A stretch of DNA of 28,351 bases from a virus. This document shows, piece by piece, positions 1 to 6,322 of this stretch. Within the stretch, counting starts at the first letter, position 1. Each line of letters opens with the position of its first letter. The position numbers and the translations under genes were made by a program. Under the pieces are notes generated by a model. It was not told the DNA's origin. It searched no databases and saw only the letters and a program-made list of their open reading frames with translations. The stretch spans positions 1 through 28,351 of IMG/VR virus record IMGVR_UViG_3300045988_146736. One strand, 5' to 3'.

Positions 1-32
1 GATTGTCAGGATGCGCGTGTTTCGCGTGTTCA
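1..32. repeat. Terminal direct repeat, copy 1 (identical to 28320..28351); most likely the overlap of a circularised assembly
   Basis: Direct comparison: gattgtcaggatgcgcgtgtttcgcgtgttca occurs at both ends of the window. Confidence 0.9.
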
Positions 33-233
33 TCGGTCGGACCTTTCGGGGGTGTAGGTGTAGCCGAGCGAAAGTTCGGCGCTTTCGTTGAAGTACCCGG
101 CGGGCGTGGTCTTTATGTCGTCGATCATGGCGTCTTCGGGAAGGTGACCAATGATCGCGCCGAGGAGCGCGGCGGGGATACCTTTTCGCGGGTCGTAGGT
201 GATCGTGAAGATGTCGTGGCGTTGCTTGCTCAT
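30..233 (-). CDS. Hypothetical protein (67 aa)
   Basis: ORF 30..308 trimmed to the ATG at 233, which has GAAAGG 6 nt upstream. The TGA stop (30..32) overlaps the ATG (33..31) of the next gene across the contig junction. No recognisable motif. Confidence 0.6.
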   Translation of the reverse strand: MSKQRHDIFTITYDPRKGIPAALLGAIIGHLPEDAMIDDIKTTPAGYFNESAELSLGYTYTPERSDR

Positions 234-243
234 TTCGCGCCTT

Positions 244-540
244 TCATGCGTGGGTTTTGGCGATGAGTTGCTCGAGGCTGCGGCGTGCGGTAGCGTTGTG
301 GTCAACATGACCGGTTCCGCTCCCCGCGCCGCGAGGGGAGTCCAGGGCCGGTCTTTGTTGTCCCTGAAACGTGTATTTCACGCGTAGCTCGGTTCGGAGC
401 GGGGTCACGTGGGTTTCTACGTGGATGATCCGCGCGGTCTCGGGAACGTAGGTGCGGAGCGCGTGCGTGACGTCGCGTCCGGTCGGTGGGTTGATTGTCT
501 CCCAGGGGATGACTAGGCCGTAGGTTTCAGGGGTCAGCAT
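244..540 (-). CDS. Hypothetical protein (98 aa)
   Basis: ATG at 540 preceded by GAAAGGA. Tightly packed in the minus-strand operon. No recognisable motif. Confidence 0.6.
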   Translation of the reverse strand: MLTPETYGLVIPWETINPPTGRDVTHALRTYVPETARIIHVETHVTPLRTELRVKYTFQGQQRPALDSPRGAGSGTGHVDHNATARRSLEQLIAKTHA

Positions 541-556
541 TGTCGGTGGTCCTTTC

Positions 557-1057
557 TCAGACGGCGCGGAGCTGGGGTGCTTCGGTTGTGCGGGGTGCGG
601 TGATTTCGGGAGGTGGGGCGGGGACGCCTGCGACGTCGTAGCCGCGTTGGCGGGCGGCGGCGTTGATCTGTGCGGGCGTCATGTCGGGGTGCGCGTCCAT
701 AGCGAACGCCTGGGCGGCGCGCAGCCATGTGACGTACTCGGACGGTGTCAGGTCGCCGTCGGGGTATAGCGGGCCGCCGTGTGACGGTGCGGAGACGAGG
801 GTGAGTCGGTTCGCGCGGTCGATCCGCTCGGCTTCGGTGGGTGTGCCCTTCAGGAAGTTCACGAGGTCGCCGAGGCGGACAAAGCCGGTGGTTTCGTCGA
901 GGACGTCGGCGGCGCGGGCGAGGTCGGCGTCTGTGGCGTCGGGAAACTTTCGGCTTATCTTTCCGCCCCACGTCTGTAGCTGGCCGGGCTTTGGGATGAG
1001 CACCCCGGCATCCTCGAGGTGTTCGAGGAAGGCTTGCATTCCACGTCCGGTAATCAT
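557..1057 (-). CDS. Hypothetical protein (166 aa)
   Basis: The ATG overlaps the upstream stop (ATGA at 1054..1057), which suggests translational coupling. The competing Arg-rich ORF 534..1073 is a high-GC alternative-frame artefact. Confidence 0.65.
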   Translation of the reverse strand: MITGRGMQAFLEHLEDAGVLIPKPGQLQTWGGKISRKFPDATDADLARAADVLDETTGFVRLGDLVNFLKGTPTEAERIDRANRLTLVSAPSHGGPLYPDGDLTPSEYVTWLRAAQAFAMDAHPDMTPAQINAAARQRGYDVAGVPAPPPEITAPRTTEAPQLRAV

Positions 1058-1923
1058 TCGCGGGTCCCTTCAATGGTGAGGATGGCTGCTTCGGTGGGCT
1101 GTGCGCCCCAGGCGGCGTCGATTTCGGCGGCCTTAGCGCGCTGTCGGGCGCGGAACTCTTCGGCGCGGGTGACGTGGGGGCGCGCGCCCCGCTCGGCCTG
1201 TAGCTTCAGGGTGTCCCACTTTTCGCGGAGCTTTGGGATGCTTAGGATGTTGGCTCGCCAGAACTCGGATCGATGTACCCAGTCGATTGCGGCGTGAATC
1301 TGTTCCTCGGTGCGCCCGTCGCGGTCGATCATGAGTCGGGCGGAATCGAGCCACTTCTTCGTGATACGGGGGCGGCGTCCGGTGCGTTCACAGACGGAGT
1401 TAGCCATGTGATAGCAAACTGACTCGACGTCGCGGCGAACGTTTGTTGGTTCGGGCGTGACTATGACCGAGTCGAGGACACTGTCGTCGTCGGTCGCGGT
1501 CGGTGTGGGGTCCGGCGCGGGCGCGGGCGCGGCGTCGGGTTCGGCGGCGTCCTGTGCGGCGCGGGCGCGTTGGCGTGCTTTGCGTTCGCGTGCGGCGGCT
1601 TTGCGGGCGTCGCTTTTCGCGGTGATGTCCCCCCATGTCCCGTTCCACCGTGTCCACGAGGTTACGGTGATTGTGGTCGCGGCGGCGGTGACGAGGCCGT
1701 GTGTGGTGAGGGCGTCGAGGCGGGCGGCGGCGTCGGTTAGGCCGAGGCGGCTTGTGGCGACCTCGACGGGGACAGCTCCGTCGGTTTCGGGGTGCAGGGC
1801 ACACCATGACAGGAGGCGGATGTAGAGAAGCTCGGCGTCTGGTCCGGCGGCGATGACGGCGGGGTCGTCGTAGTAGCCGCCTGCGAGGGCGGCGTATCTG
1901 CCGGGGCGCTTGAAGGGGGGCAT
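1054..1923 (-). CDS. Putative replication initiator / DnaD-like replisome organiser (289 aa)
   Basis: ORF 1054..1992 trimmed to the ATG at 1923 (GAAAGG upstream). The C-terminal segment ...ITKKWLDSARLMIDRDGRTEEQIHAAIDWVHRSEFWRANILSIPKLREKWDTLKLQ fits the DnaD-like / conserved phage C-terminal replication-protein pattern. An Ala/Pro/Asp linker sits in the middle. The gene lies next to the repeat array. Confidence 0.55.
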   Translation of the reverse strand: MPPFKRPGRYAALAGGYYDDPAVIAAGPDAELLYIRLLSWCALHPETDGAVPVEVATSRLGLTDAAARLDALTTHGLVTAAATTITVTSWTRWNGTWGDITAKSDARKAAARERKARQRARAAQDAAEPDAAPAPAPDPTPTATDDDSVLDSVIVTPEPTNVRRDVESVCYHMANSVCERTGRRPRITKKWLDSARLMIDRDGRTEEQIHAAIDWVHRSEFWRANILSIPKLREKWDTLKLQAERGARPHVTRAEEFRARQRAKAAEIDAAWGAQPTEAAILTIEGTRE

Positions 1924-1963
1924 TGCGTGTGCCTTTCGGTCGGGGCGGTGCGTCACTAGCCAT

Positions 1964-1992
1964 ATGCTAGCGGCTGGGGGGGGGCGCGTCAA
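1964..1992 (-). promoter_or_regulatory. Predicted promoter of the replication operon (TTGACG-17-TAGCAT)
   Basis: Minus strand: -35 TTGACG (1992..1987), 17-nt spacer, -10 TAGCAT (1969..1964, fits TANNNT). It sits 41 nt upstream of the ATG at 1923. The spacer contains a 9-nt C run (G run on the plus strand, 1976..1984). Confidence 0.45.
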
Positions 1993-2084
1993 ACGCTAGC
2001 CGGTTGCGCGCCAGTCGGTGACGCGTGAGCGTCGCCGACGTGATTTTATCCCTCATCCTTTATCTTCTCCTTCATCCTTGCGCG

Positions 2085-2420
2085 CATGTCCCGCGTGACA
2101 TCACGCGCATGTCACACACCTATGTCACGCGTGACGTGAGCGTGACAATGAGGGTTAGGGGTGGGCGCATTTTTCGGTGGGATGGGGCGGTTTGTCGGGG
2201 TGGAGCGGTATATTTCCTGGCATATTTTGCGCTACTTTCCCACTCGGATGTCACGCCGGATGTCACGCGATTTTGCCCCCGGTGTCACGCGCGTTTTTTC
2301 CGATGTCACACGACGTTACGCACCCGGTCACGCGCATGTCACACGTGACTTCACGCGTGACATGTGGCGTGACTGCGGGCGTGGCAGCTGATTGGCAACG
2401 CGTGTTGCAGGTCACGCAAT
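2085..2420. repeat. Iteron-like array of GTCAC(G/A)C motifs (candidate origin of replication or operator array)
   Basis: Exact GTCAC at 2111, 2124, 2250, 2262, 2284, 2305, 2327, 2338 and 2411. Exact GTGAC at 2095, 2131, 2142, 2345, 2357 and 2369. Most extend to (C/G)ATGTCACRCG. Palindromes at 2093..2106 and 2124..2135. Perfect 12-bp tandem cggatgtcacgc at 2245..2268. AT-rich patches at 2041..2080 and 2208..2243. Confidence 0.7.
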
Positions 2421-2425
2421 TACCC

Positions 2426-2503
2426 TTGCATACGGCTATGCATAGGTGTATGCTGGGGTCATCGGGAGGAAAGGCCCCCCGATAGACCGAAAGGACCGAA
2501 GCC
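2426..2503 (+). promoter_or_regulatory. Early promoter-leader cassette, copy 1 (TTGCAT-17-TATGCT, 5' hairpin, conserved RBS block)
   Basis: -35 at 2426..2431 and -10 at 2449..2454. A hairpin at 2461..2483 begins about 7 nt after the -10. The AGACCGAAAGGACCGAA block lies directly before the ATG at 2504. Bases 2425..2457 are 33/33 identical to the reverse complement of 7331..7363. Confidence 0.7.
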
Positions 2504-2869
2504 ATGAACACCGAGACCGCGACCACGAACGAAACCATCCGCGACTACCTCGGCGACTTCGCCAATGAGTTCACCGAGGATCAAATCAGCATCATCACCG
2601 CCGCCGCTACAGACGTCGAGGAGCGCATCATCGCCAAGTACGGCGACATGACCCTCGAGGAGCGCGGCGTGATGATGCTGACGCCGCTCGAGGCTATCGT
2701 CGAGTACGTCAGTGATGAGACGACGCTCGCTAAGTGCGTCGGCGACGATGAGCGCCTGGAGGCCGCCCTGATCGCCGGTGCATACAGTGGCCGCCTCACG
2801 GAGCGCCTTGCCGAAGCCGCCGGGATCGACCTGGCCAAGGCGCAGGAGCTCCTCGGGGATCTTGCCTGA
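2504..2869 (+). CDS. Acidic protein of unknown function, paralog A (121 aa), possible C-terminal helix-turn-helix
   Basis: ATG with the conserved RBS block. By eye it aligns along its whole length with the product of 8723..9082 (MNTET..., ITxAAT..EER, YGxMT, RLExAxIAGxYxG, LAxxAGIxLAKAxxxLGxL). I count about 26 Asp/Glu against 9 Arg/Lys. Confidence 0.8.
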   Translation: MNTETATTNETIRDYLGDFANEFTEDQISIITAAATDVEERIIAKYGDMTLEERGVMMLTPLEAIVEYVSDETTLAKCVGDDERLEAALIAGAYSGRLTERLAEAAGIDLAKAQELLGDLA

Positions 2870-2877
2870 CTTACCCC

Positions 2878-2907
2878 GGAGGCCCCGTCCATCCCGGCGG
2901 GGCCTCC
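2878..2907 (+). promoter_or_regulatory. GC-rich hairpin after paralog A (possible attenuator or RNA-stabilising element)
   Basis: ggaggccccg (2878..2887) pairs with cggggcctcc (2898..2907): a 10-bp stem with a 10-nt loop and no U-tract. A hairpin occupies the same position after paralog B. Confidence 0.4.
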
Positions 2908-2930
2908 ACCTCGTGAAAGGATAATACACC

Positions 2931-3152
2931 ATGACCACCATCGAGCCCCCCGACTTCGCGTTCAACTTCAAGACCGGATATGCCCGCATTGGCTCCGAGA
3001 CCATCCGCCCAATCAATGGCATCACCCAGCAGACCAACGGCTTCGGGGCGCATTTCATCACACTGACTATCCCGGTTGCCCGCGTCATCATCGAGGACGA
3101 TCCGACCGGCCCCGTTAACCCGTCCGCCCCTAGCTTCACCGTGCGCCCCTGA
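2931..3152 (+). CDS. Hypothetical protein (73 aa)
   Basis: ATG preceded by GAAAGGA. Same strand as the rest of island 1. No recognisable motif. Confidence 0.55.
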   Translation: MTTIEPPDFAFNFKTGYARIGSETIRPINGITQQTNGFGAHFITLTIPVARVIIEDDPTGPVNPSAPSFTVRP

Positions 3153-3165
3153 AGGGACTAAGACA

Positions 3166-3888
3166 ATGACCGCTATTGACAAGATCATCGCGCAGATTCG
3201 CCAGCTCCTGAAAATTGCGTCCGACGGGGGCGCGAGTATCAACGAGCGCGAATTGGCGCAGCGTCGCGCCGAGCGTCTCATGGTGCGTTATCGCATCGAA
3301 ACACTGCCCGATAGTGACGCGCGCGCCCGCGACGAAGACATGACTACCATCACAGTTGAAATCAAGGGGAGCTCCGGGTCAATGGCGCGCGCAATCGTGG
3401 ACGGCCTCGCCACGCTCTCCCACGCTCTGAGTTGCTTCTGTTCGTGGCGCATGTACCGAAGCCACATCGTGGCTACCATCGTGGGCACCCGCTCGGACCT
3501 CGCATACGTCACGGAGTTCTACAACGCTGCCGTAGCGTCCTACCCGTCCATGTTGAAGGCCCGGCTGCGTCACGAAGACTTCTACAGTGAGTCGGAGCGC
3601 CGTCGTTTCCGGCGTTCCTACGTGATGGGCTATTTTGAGGGCATCGCCGAGCGTATCGAGATCGCTACCCGTGAGGAGACGACGTCGACGGGGCAGGAAC
3701 TTGTGCTTGCGTCCCGATACCAGCGGGCCGAGGCGAAGGCCCGCGAGGGGTGCAAAATACGCATGGCGCGTGACCTCATGATCGACCATAACGCGACGGT
3801 TGGCGGACAGCGCGACGGGTACGCCTCCGGCATTGGCTGGATGGGCGAGCGCCTTGACGGCCCGCGCGTCGGCATTGCCGCCTCCTGA
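3166..3888 (+). CDS. DUF2786-like protein (240 aa)
   Basis: ORF 3076..3888 trimmed to the ATG at 3166 (GAAGGGA upstream). The N-terminus IDKIIAQIRQLLKIASDGGASINERELAQRRAERLMVRYRIE matches my recollection of the DUF2786 pattern (KI.kLLalA...neNEAe.A...A..Lm.ky.I). Confidence 0.6.
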   Translation: MTAIDKIIAQIRQLLKIASDGGASINERELAQRRAERLMVRYRIETLPDSDARARDEDMTTITVEIKGSSGSMARAIVDGLATLSHALSCFCSWRMYRSHIVATIVGTRSDLAYVTEFYNAAVASYPSMLKARLRHEDFYSESERRRFRRSYVMGYFEGIAERIEIATREETTSTGQELVLASRYQRAEAKAREGCKIRMARDLMIDHNATVGGQRDGYASGIGWMGERLDGPRVGIAAS

Positions 3889-3912
3889 TGAATTCACCGA
3901 AAGGCATCCCCC

Positions 3913-4374
3913 ATGAATCGTGTTGCGCGCCCCCTCGTTGGGCTGCTGATCCTGATCGTCCTTGTCCTCGTGTTCGTGATGTCCGGCGGGTCTGCGTCCC
4001 GCACGTCGAACGCGGTGGCGAACACGCCAGCCCCTCCGGTGCTGACCGGGTGGGTGGGTGCGGATAGCCGCCAGCAGTGGACGCTATCGTGGACGCCCGC
4101 GTCGAGCGGCGGTCTTGTCGACGTGGCGTCTGATTCGGAGGACGTGTACCCGGGCGTGACGTGCCGGACGGACGCCGGGCGTGAATTCACGCTGACTGGC
4201 ACGCAGGAGGCCGTGAATCGCGTGTCCGTCCGCATCCCGGCGGGTGTCGCGCGGTGTGATGCGTACATGGGCGGGCGGCCCGCATCGAAGACGCGGCGCA
4301 TGTTCAATAACGTGACCGTCGACGGCGCGCCCGTGATTGGTGTCATCGAGCCGGGAGCTGCGCGGATGGTCTAA
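3913..4374 (+). CDS. Signal-anchored or secreted protein (153 aa), function unknown
   Basis: ATG with CGAAAGG 8 nt upstream. The N-terminus MNRVARPLVGLLILIVLVLVFVMSGG is a basic stretch followed by a long hydrophobic helix. There is no lipobox Cys. It is the last gene of island 1, just before the terminator. Confidence 0.65.
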   Translation: MNRVARPLVGLLILIVLVLVFVMSGGSASRTSNAVANTPAPPVLTGWVGADSRQQWTLSWTPASSGGLVDVASDSEDVYPGVTCRTDAGREFTLTGTQEAVNRVSVRIPAGVARCDAYMGGRPASKTRRMFNNVTVDGAPVIGVIEPGAARMV

Positions 4375-4381
4375 TGTTGAT

Positions 4382-4421
4382 AGCGCCCCGCCTTCCTGTT
4401 TGTCAGGATCGGCGGGGCGCT
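4382..4421. terminator. Bidirectional terminator hairpin between island 1 and the recombination operon
   Basis: agcgccccgcc (4382..4392) pairs with ggcggggcgct (4411..4421): an 11-bp stem with an 18-nt loop, followed by tttgcgttt on the plus strand. It sits between convergent genes. Confidence 0.55.
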
Positions 4422-4427
4422 TTGCGT

Positions 4428-4859
4428 TTAGTCATCGATTGCTGTCACGGCGACGTGTACGCCGGGCGGTTGGCCGTCGGATGCCCACCGTTTGGTCAGG
4501 ACCCACGTCACGATGCGCGAGTCCTCTAGCAGGATGCCGCCGGGGGCCGCGAGCGCATCGCCGACGGCGCGGGCCAGCTTGTCGAGGTCCGGTTTGGTTG
4601 CCGCGTGGTCAGGGAACCTGGGGCGCTTTGGGCGCGGTAGGTAGAAGTGCGCCTGGACGGCGACAGGGCCGTCATACTGTGGCTCCCACCCGGCGGCGCG
4701 GGCGGCGTCGTTGGCGGAGCGGGCGACGATGGTTCGCCACCCCGCGAGCCGGGGGTTGTCGTGCGCGACGACGGGACGCCCGCCCCGGTAACCGACGTAC
4801 CTGTGAGAGCCTTCGGGGGCGGCGACGCCCTCCGCGAAGAAACTGACCACGCGTTTCAC
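4428..4859 (-). CDS. rusA: RusA-family Holliday junction resolvase (143 aa)
   Basis: ORF 4428..4964 trimmed to the GTG at 4859, which overlaps the upstream TGA (GTGA). Motif KPDLDKLARAVGDAL...LLEDSRIV is typical of RusA. Confidence 0.75.
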   Translation of the reverse strand: MKRVVSFFAEGVAAPEGSHRYVGYRGGRPVVAHDNPRLAGWRTIVARSANDAARAAGWEPQYDGPVAVQAHFYLPRPKRPRFPDHAATKPDLDKLARAVGDALAAPGGILLEDSRIVTWVLTKRWASDGQPPGVHVAVTAIDD

Positions 4860-5458
4860 TGTTCGCCGCCGTCGTCGTTCAGGGCGGTCACGCGCGCCTT
4901 GATGAGGTCCTGCAGCTCGGGGTGCGCTTGCCACCACGCGCGGAGCTGTTCCTTGTCCGTGCAAGCGGCGATCAGCTCGGGCGTGACGGCGGGCGTCGTC
5001 GCGTCGTTATTCGCCGCGTCGGCGGTTGCCGGGCGTCCGTCTTCGTCGGGGTCGCCGGTGATGCCCCAATCAACCTGGGCGAGCTGGCGCTTCGCGTAGG
5101 TCAGGTTTGCGCCGAACGCCTGGGGGTTTGCCGGTCGGTCAACGATGAGCGCGCCGAGGGGCATAGTGTTTCCGTCGGCGTCCACGAGGCTCGAGATGAG
5201 GATAGGCGGCGTGTCCCCGGTGGGGGCCTGGATCGCCTGTCGGTAGGCGAGCCCGTGCTTTGCGCACGCGGCGCGGATGACGCCGAGCGTGGCTTTCAGG
5301 GATGCGAAGCGCGTCCTGAAGTGCGGGTTCGACGCGTCGAGGGGCGGGTTTTCACAGTCTGCCCAGGCGGCGGCGAAGCGCGCCTCGATGCTGACAGGGG
5401 TTCGCGCGGGCGTGGTCTTGCGGGCAGCGGGCTTCTTTTCGGGGGCGGTGTCGGTCAT
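4856..5458 (-). CDS. ERF-family single-strand annealing protein (200 aa)
   Basis: Motif NPHFRTRFASLKATLGVIRAACAKHGLAYRQ resembles the ERF signature (N..F.skYa.L..v......khGl...Q). It lies next to an exonuclease and a resolvase. Confidence 0.65.
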   Translation of the reverse strand: MTDTAPEKKPAARKTTPARTPVSIEARFAAAWADCENPPLDASNPHFRTRFASLKATLGVIRAACAKHGLAYRQAIQAPTGDTPPILISSLVDADGNTMPLGALIVDRPANPQAFGANLTYAKRQLAQVDWGITGDPDEDGRPATADAANNDATTPAVTPELIAACTDKEQLRAWWQAHPELQDLIKARVTALNDDGGEQ

Positions 5459-5479
5459 TGTCGTGTCCTTTCTATGTGG

Positions 5480-6322
5480 TCAGTTTGCCTGGGCGGCGTA
5501 CCAGGCGGGCGGGGTGATTTCGGTGATCGCATCGCCGTAGGCGGGCCAGACGTTGAACACCTGGCACATGTTCAGGGTGTCGAGGGCACGGCGCATACGC
5601 GCGTACCCGGCGGCGAGGAAAGACTCGTCCATGATGACGACGCTAACCAGGTGGGGGGCGTCCACGCCGACGAGGACGTGAACGAAGCACGCGTCCTCAC
5701 CGGTGACGGCTTTCCACTGGGTCAGATACCAGGCGGCCTGGACCGCGTAGTCGAGGTTCGCGGCGTCGCGCGCCCACGACTTGGGGCGCGGCTGCCTCGT
5801 GGTTTTCAGGTCCACGAGGACGGTACGCCCGACGTCGTCTCGCGTGGTCCAATCGATCCGGCCCCGGAGCCATAGGCCCGTGTCGGGGTCAACGCTGTAG
5901 ATCGACTGCTCGGGCGTGCCCTGTGCGAACAGGGCTGCGGCGGCGGGGTGGTTCATGACCGCCTGGTAGGCGTCCTCGGCGCGCGCGTAGTCGGCGCGAC
6001 TCATGGGGACCTGGCCGCGCTCACGGGCCGCCGCGATGTCTTCCTTCGCGGCCTTTGTGCGTAGGCTGTCGTGGTCGTGGACGTAGATGTCAAGGCCGGT
6101 ACCAAGGACCATACCGTGGACGGTGTGACCGAAATCGAACGCTGCCTTCGGGGGGGCCGGGTTCTCTTTCGACCACTTGTAAAGGGCCGGGCAATCGAGG
6201 AGGCGCTTAGCCTCCGTCGATGACACCGACCCGGGGGGGCCAAAACGGCCCGAGTGGTAGTCCAGCTCGGGCACGTCGGGGTAGATGCCTGCCACGAAAG
6301 CGGCGGGGTCATTGTCTGCCAT
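5480..6322 (-). CDS. PD-(D/E)XK (RecB/Cas4-like) exonuclease (280 aa)
   Basis: Motifs GRIDW...LVDLKTT and YAVQAAWY (D...(D/E)xK plus QxxxY), in a recombination-module context. Confidence 0.7.
   Translation of the reverse strand: MADNDPAAFVAGIYPDVPELDYHSGRFGPPGSVSSTEAKRLLDCPALYKWSKENPAPPKAAFDFGHTVHGMVLGTGLDIYVHDHDSLRTKAAKEDIAAARERGQVPMSRADYARAEDAYQAVMNHPAAAALFAQGTPEQSIYSVDPDTGLWLRGRIDWTTRDDVGRTVLVDLKTTRQPRPKSWARDAANLDYAVQAAWYLTQWKAVTGEDACFVHVLVGVDAPHLVSVVIMDESFLAAGYARMRRALDTLNMCQVFNVWPAYGDAITEITPPAWYAAQAN

Noticed and set aside
1-32. The 32-bp terminal repeat as a genuine virion direct terminal repeat
   Set aside because: It is very short for a phage DTR. It cuts through an intergenic/start-codon context that reads perfectly when circularised, and the HNH-terS layout points to cos ends near 27189..27268 instead. 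This cannot be excluded without read-terminus data.
534-1073. Arg/Pro-rich alternative-frame ORFs on the coding strand (also 1400..1963, 6001..6648, 10314..11102, 12026..12400, 23349..24065, 27568..27993)
   Set aside because: These are typical high-GC shadow frames (poly-Arg/Pro, no RBS, fully nested in better genes). The exception is 27568..27993, whose last part matters for the homopolymer finding but which is not an independent gene.
2085-2420. Possibility that the repeat array is a CRISPR array
   Set aside because: The units are only 8-12 bp, occur in both orientations, and have irregular spacing with no unique spacers of regular length. There are no cas genes.
2025-2485. Three overlapping plus-strand ORFs (2025..2348, 2161..2391, 2177..2485) in the large intergenic gap
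   Set aside because: Their translations are dominated by reiterated VTR / MSH / CHA peptides that simply mirror the repeated GTCACGC DNA motif. They have no RBS, and they run through the cassette promoter. I treat the region as non-coding.
4922-5875. 317-aa plus-strand ORF
   Set aside because: It is antisense to the ERF and exonuclease genes, which have clear family motifs. It is Gly/Arg/Val-rich, as expected for a spurious open frame in GC-rich DNA, and has no RBS.
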